Positions 59,301-64,000 of a stretch of DNA of 64,000 nt are shown in pieces. The DNA comes from Minutocellus sp. GHC0000111. Its lineage: Eukaryota. Each line of letters starts with the position of its first letter. Position 1 is the first letter of the stretch. The notes beneath the pieces were generated by a model that made no database searches, was not told where the DNA came from, and worked only from the letters and a program-made list of their open reading frames with translations. Position numbers and translations under genes: made by a program. The DNA is taken from positions 1,178,001 to 1,242,000 of the forward strand of contig OZ361260.1 of assembly GCA_977018835.1 (NCBI GenBank), in the 5' to 3' direction.

Positions 59301-62063
59301 TGTATTGTGCCAAAGCAATGCTTATGGCAGCGATTTCCCCCTCTATTCTGATTTATTAGGACACCCCTTTATGGGTCGGCGGCAAAGCATCAATCAAGAA
59401 TTCCCCTTCGGGGGTAAATGAAGGTTACATGTATGAATTTCTACGTAGACTACCGCAAACGGTATCTTAGAAGCTATACTTTACCACTTGTCCTTCACAA
59501 ACAAGTCATCGAGAGAATCTCGTCGTGACTGTCGACTCTGCTGCCCGTCATTGATGTGAGCGAAGAGAGCTGCATCGCTGTCGTCGAGACTCCGGCCCTT
59601 CATATTATTCCGGCGGCGTTGCTGCTGTTGCCGCTGAGAGCTTCGGGCGATGGAGGCTGCAAGGTTACTGCCGGCATTTGGATTGCCACCTGCCAGCCTG
59701 GACGATGCAGCAGGTGGGTCAAAATATGAATCCAACCCGGCCAGATCGCCCAACGAATTGAGACTATCCCCGAGGCTGGAGTCGACATGACCTAGAATGC
59801 CAACTTCCTCATCTCCTACTAGCTTCTTGGATTGCTTCGACGTCTGGCTATTTCTCGTGAAAAGACCGCCAAGCATGGACTTGCCTTTGGATGGTTTACT
59901 GCTTGCAGAAAAAGAGGTATTGCTACGACTCACTGACGAAGAAGATGAGGCGACGGCGGCAGCAGACTTACGGACAGTATCGCTGTTTGTACTGCTGGAT
60001 CTTCGCGGTCTTTCTCGGTTATCAGAGGAAGAACGTCGGCCGTGCTGCTGTTGCTGTGGTTGATATCTGGACGGAGGTGCCGGTCCCTTGCTACCAGGTG
60101 GCCTTGGTTGTCGGCCCTGGGGCGGCGGCGGTCCCTTTCGAGGTCGGCCACCGGCTGTGCTAACAAGTCCAGCACTGTTGTTATTGGTCCCAGGGGGGCG
60201 ATTGGGCCTGGTTGCTGGTCTTGTCGGCGTCGACGTGGATGTGGCTGCAGTAGCTGCAGGATTCGACCTGGGCTCTCTTTTGGCATTGTCCGTTTTTTGT
60301 TGTTGGTTCCGCGGCTGCTTCTTGATAGTCTTGTAGCTGGAGCTGGTATTGGCATCGAAGCTATCGTTACCCCAGTTGGCAAAGTCTGCGAAGGAGTCGT
60401 TGCCTCCTTCCAGAATGTCGATGGGCTTGGTGGCGAGGATGGCCTTGGCAGCGTTCGGTGAAGAAGTCGGTGATGTGGTAAAGCTGCTTCGTTTCTTTCT
60501 CGCGGGTGCTAGTGGCTGCATCACGACGGACGTAGGCACAGGAAGATCATTTCGAGTTTTGACGTTGACGGAGTCATTGATGGCTTTATCCTTGGAGGTC
60601 ACGAGTTCCGGATCGGGGAAAACATTCATCGAATCCTCAGTAATCGATGGCATCGTCTTCTTCTTTGATTTGTTGGGAATTGGCTGTAGGTCATTAAGCT
60701 CGTCATTCACTTCGGCCGAAATTTCCGAAAGGTCCATGCTCACCTCACCGAAGCACGATGTTGAGGCACATGCATCGGGCTCTCCGCCCGTTACTGCCGT
60801 GGCGATGGCTTGAACGTCGGCGAGATCATCAAGAGTGAAAGATCCCTCCTGCACCTGATCGCGCTTTGGACGCCTTGATCGTCTACCAGCGCTGCCCTTC
60901 TTTCTGGAGTCATCATTTCTAGAAGAGTCTCCGCCCGGATTAGAGTCAGAATGAGGCGACGAGAAGGCCGCCATTGCGTCCACGAGGGATAGGGAGGCAT
61001 CAGCATTGCCCAGATCGATATCGTCGCTCTCGATGAATTGTGTGTCAAAGACCATGGAGACTTCGGCATGTTCGTTATCGAAGCCATTGCCATTGTCATT
61101 GCCATCCTCCTCGCTGCTGGGAGTTTCGTCGCTGTCGTATTGGACCTCCTCGTCCTCTTCGAGGTAATCATCGTCGTCACCAAACAAACTCCGGAGTTTC
61201 TCTGCTCTCCTCATGCCTCCCTCGCTTTTGGTGGGGTCCAGGATGCAGACATCTTCCAAACTCTCTCCGTGATGGTCGGTCCAGCGGATGGTCTTGCAAT
61301 AATCTCCATCGGAATCGACCGTGTCTTCGTCATCGATTTCGTCGTTAGAGAAGAGAGAACGGTTGGACCCACCTGGAGGCGCCGAGCTAGATCTGCGTCG
61401 TGCCATCTGTTGTGTGCCGATATCGTCGCGGCGGGAAGCCAATCGACCTCGAGACGAAGGAGTACTGCCATTGTTGGCCTCGGCTTCAGTATCGTCGACT
61501 CTTGCTGCCGCCTCTCGGCGGGCCCTTCTCCTCTCCTCCACACCATTCATCATGGCCTGTAGATCATCGTCAAAGGCCCCGTCTCCTCTACCCGCAGTAG
61601 TAGTAGCTTTGACAGTATTAGTAGGCGCCGAACTCGAACTGTTCGTCTTTCGAGCACTGCTGCCGCCACTCTGTCCTGTTATCAGACCATGCTCTACCTC
61701 AGCCTTTTGCACGAAAGTTTCTAGTCTTTCCAGGTCCTCATCGGATCGCGAACGACGCAGTCTGGTCGTACTCTTGGCGACGCTACCGCTCTTTTTTGTA
61801 GATGAATTGCGGGCCATTTTGGGAGCCCACGGATTCACCGGCAGTGCTCTGACACTGGTACTTCCACTGCTATTTGCGCCGCTGCTTTTGCTGTATGGAT
61901 CGTACTGGTCGTCGTACGTTCCCGTCGACGACAGGTCGGTCGAGGCAGTGTCGTCGCTGCCTATGGACCGGCCCGAGTCCAAACGCTTGGCAGCCGCCTG
62001 GATATCCACATCTGTAGCAGCAGCGCCGTTGTCAGATATGCTTGCAATGGCCGTTCGACTCAT
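50367..62063 (-). CDS. Multi-exon formin: PDZ, four CCDC53-like repeats, FH2, many WH2-like repeats; interrupted by a tandem duplication
   Basis: FH2 motifs KKLYWTPI...SLW, IDGKRGMNGGIIL, LTVGNQINTG...AAGFSLDALLKL, YFGED....DFF. PDZ LGL...GVKRGDVLLEVNG. Intron 59281-59484 joins the 59481-62210 ORF in frame (DKW-QPTM). Introns 58417-58587, 58066-58233, 57891-58036 and 56882-56979 keep frame. Confidence 0.88.
50609..51950. repeat. Coding minisatellite, 14 x 93 bp (31 aa: DPR[A/S]AMLAAISSRKQPDEEAASSPAPAPAPV)
   Basis: gaggatcaacaggcgccggggccggagc recurs every 93 bp from 50642 to 51851. Confidence 0.97.
52708..56889. repeat. Direct tandem duplication of 2091 bp (52708-54798 and 54799-56889)
   Basis: Identical ORF translations offset by 2091 (e.g. 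53757-54599 and 55848-56690). Junction ...ctgaaaat|gacactatcag. Confidence 0.96.
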
Positions 62064-62797
62064 GGCTTCATGTATAGTTGCCTCTGCCAACTCGTAGATA
62101 CAACTGCCGTCCGATTCGACCACGAGTAGTCTATGAGCTACAAGGGCGAGAGGAGGAAAAGTTTTTGATTGGAGGGAAGGAGCAGCAACCAGCTCAAAAT
62201 GACCGGCCACAAGCAGCCAGGAGAAACACGATGTGCTAGCTTAGAGAAACGCCGGGGCTTCCTGACAGTCAGGGCAACGACGGTATCTCAGATAAAATAG
62301 GTTGGTCAACGCCGATAACAATATGTACATGAAGAGATCTGGCTGGGCCTCATGCGGTGGTCGTAATTGAGATCGTAGAGATGAAGTGGCGCCATAATTT
62401 TTGACGTGCTAGCGTGGCAATCCCGAACTTTCGCGTGTGGCATAAGTGCTTGGTTTTCTGTATGACATAAGAGCGTGAGATGAAGAGACTCCTATGATGA
62501 TAAAACGGGGAAATGTTTGGCTTTCGCCCGGGCTCTCGCACATTGGGGGAGAGAAAGAAAAAAACCCCAACTCCCATCTCTCTTTGTTGCAGCGAGTTAT
62601 GTTCAGCATACATGTAGCTTAGTACACGAATACAATTCTATATAACCGCTTTCTAATTTCTGTGTTTACCTAGGTACGGTATCATAGGAATTCTTTGATG
62701 AGGCAAGGTAAAATACCAACCAGCCCACAGAGCAGCAAGAGAGACCAAGCAAAAAGCACCACTTTCGAAATCTATTAATTGCATCGAATCTAAAGAT

Positions 62798-64000
62798 CTA
62801 CAAGCCCAGATGCTTGGGCTTTGCGCAGTAGTCCCATTCCGATTTTCCTTCTCCTTCTTCCGATGTGCAGCCAGGGACAGGACCTTTCGGGTTGTCTTCG
62901 TCTCGTTCAAAGCAAACCATGTCACCCCTTCAGATTCACAAAGCAAAACAAGAAAGATGTCGGTAAGGTACAGCACCCACATGCACATTAGTATAAAACG
63001 AGAGAGCAATAACAAGCCAATAAAGGCAAACATCGATCGAACGTACCTGCATTCATCATCTGGGAATGCAGGAACCGAGGAATAGGTGGAAAAATGAGGG
63101 CGAGATGAGAAGGCAGGTGCAGATGTTGTTATTTCATGTCAGAGATTGAACATTACGGAAGATAAATGAATGTAAGAATGAAGCTTGCAAAGAGCACAAA
63201 AGAAGAAACTTACCGCTGTCACAATCGCCCTCGCAATGTCCCAGCTTATCCCCGTCCTCAACATCACCATCGTTGGCTTCCGTTAGTCCCTTCTCATCGT
63301 CGTCGTCATCATCGTCGTCATCATCGTCCTCATCTTCATCATAATCGTCCCAATCATCTTTGTCAACACTGCAATAGTAGAAGGAAAGAAAAAAGCGTTG
63401 GGCGAGGGTCAGTTGTGTATCCCGGCACAATATAGACTTTCTACTTCTTCCGCTTCGCTCAAAGTACCAGACCAGCAAAGGAAACGAAACCTGAACATTT
63501 AATTCGCATTGCAACATTATCTCCAATCAAAATCAAGCACACCTACCAATAATCCCAGCCAGAACTACCTCTGCCGTCCTTCTCTGTGCATCCGGGGACC
63601 GGTCCCTTGTCACCGTCCTCTCGCTCAAAGCAAACGAGGTCTCCGCGACAGTCGTCGTCTGCCGTCCGTCGAGTCGTAGAAAAAAAGTCAGTATATGAGA
63701 GAATGATTATATCAGAACCAACACACTTCGACCTTCTTGCATTCATGCATGTACTCACCCGAGTCGCAGTCACCGCTGCACCGGCCTACAGGCTCAGAAA
63801 CATCACCAGCGATATCTCGCAGACCCTTCTCGTCGTCGCCGCCATCGTAATCATCTTCGTCAACGTCATCGTCCTCCTCTTCCCAACCCTCATCATCGAT
63901 CCAACGGATCTCCCAATACATGGCAGCACTTTTGATCGTAAATTTTGTCTCCGTTGTAGTCACCATTGGACCTCGGCCGGTGATTCATCGTTACACACCG
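62798..64000 (-). CDS. Partial frustulin-like protein with two acidic cysteine-rich (ACR) domains; 5' end outside the window
   Basis: Spliced CSGDCDS-DDDCRGDLVCFER...VPGC...WDYC and CEGDCDS-DDECRGDMVCFER...VPGC...WDYC. Exons 63759+, 63547-63658, 63214-63368, 63047-63059 and 62798-62927. Confidence 0.82.

Noticed and set aside
59481..62210. Independent 909-aa gene
   Set aside because: A GT donor at 59484 and AG acceptor at 59281 splice it in frame to the PDZ exon, so it is treated as formin exon 1 (unconfirmed without cDNA).
63900..64000. Possible further frameshift in the frustulin-like gene (RCVTMNHRPR...DQKC versus AMYWEIRW)
   Set aside because: Too close to the window edge to establish the true frame.

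Overview
Gene-dense eukaryotic nuclear DNA, almost certainly from a diatom: short GT-AG introns, a bipartite ASAFAP plastid presequence on zeta-carotene desaturase, DUF6824-type domains and frustulin-type acidic cysteine-rich repeats. About 21 protein-coding loci are visible, including two glycosyltransferase-like genes, three sulfotransferases, a leishmanolysin protease, ZDS, MFS and SWEET transporters, a giant RING/MIB-HERC2 protein, an ~11.7 kb formin gene and a frustulin-like gene. The most unusual items: (1) a formin with PDZ, four CCDC53-like repeats, FH2 and about 24 WH2-like helices, 14 of them in a 93-bp array with higher-order structure, interrupted by an apparently exact 2091-bp tandem duplication; (2) a broken mariner-type transposase (DD38D by my count) convergent with an unknown ORF; (3) a 1.58-kb candidate non-autonomous element with TA-CGAGG ends; (4) intergenic patches of TA-flanked palindromes that may be stacked excision footprints; (5) many reading-frame disruptions, some probably homopolymer sequencing errors. 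All family assignments are from motif recognition by eye; no database search was run.
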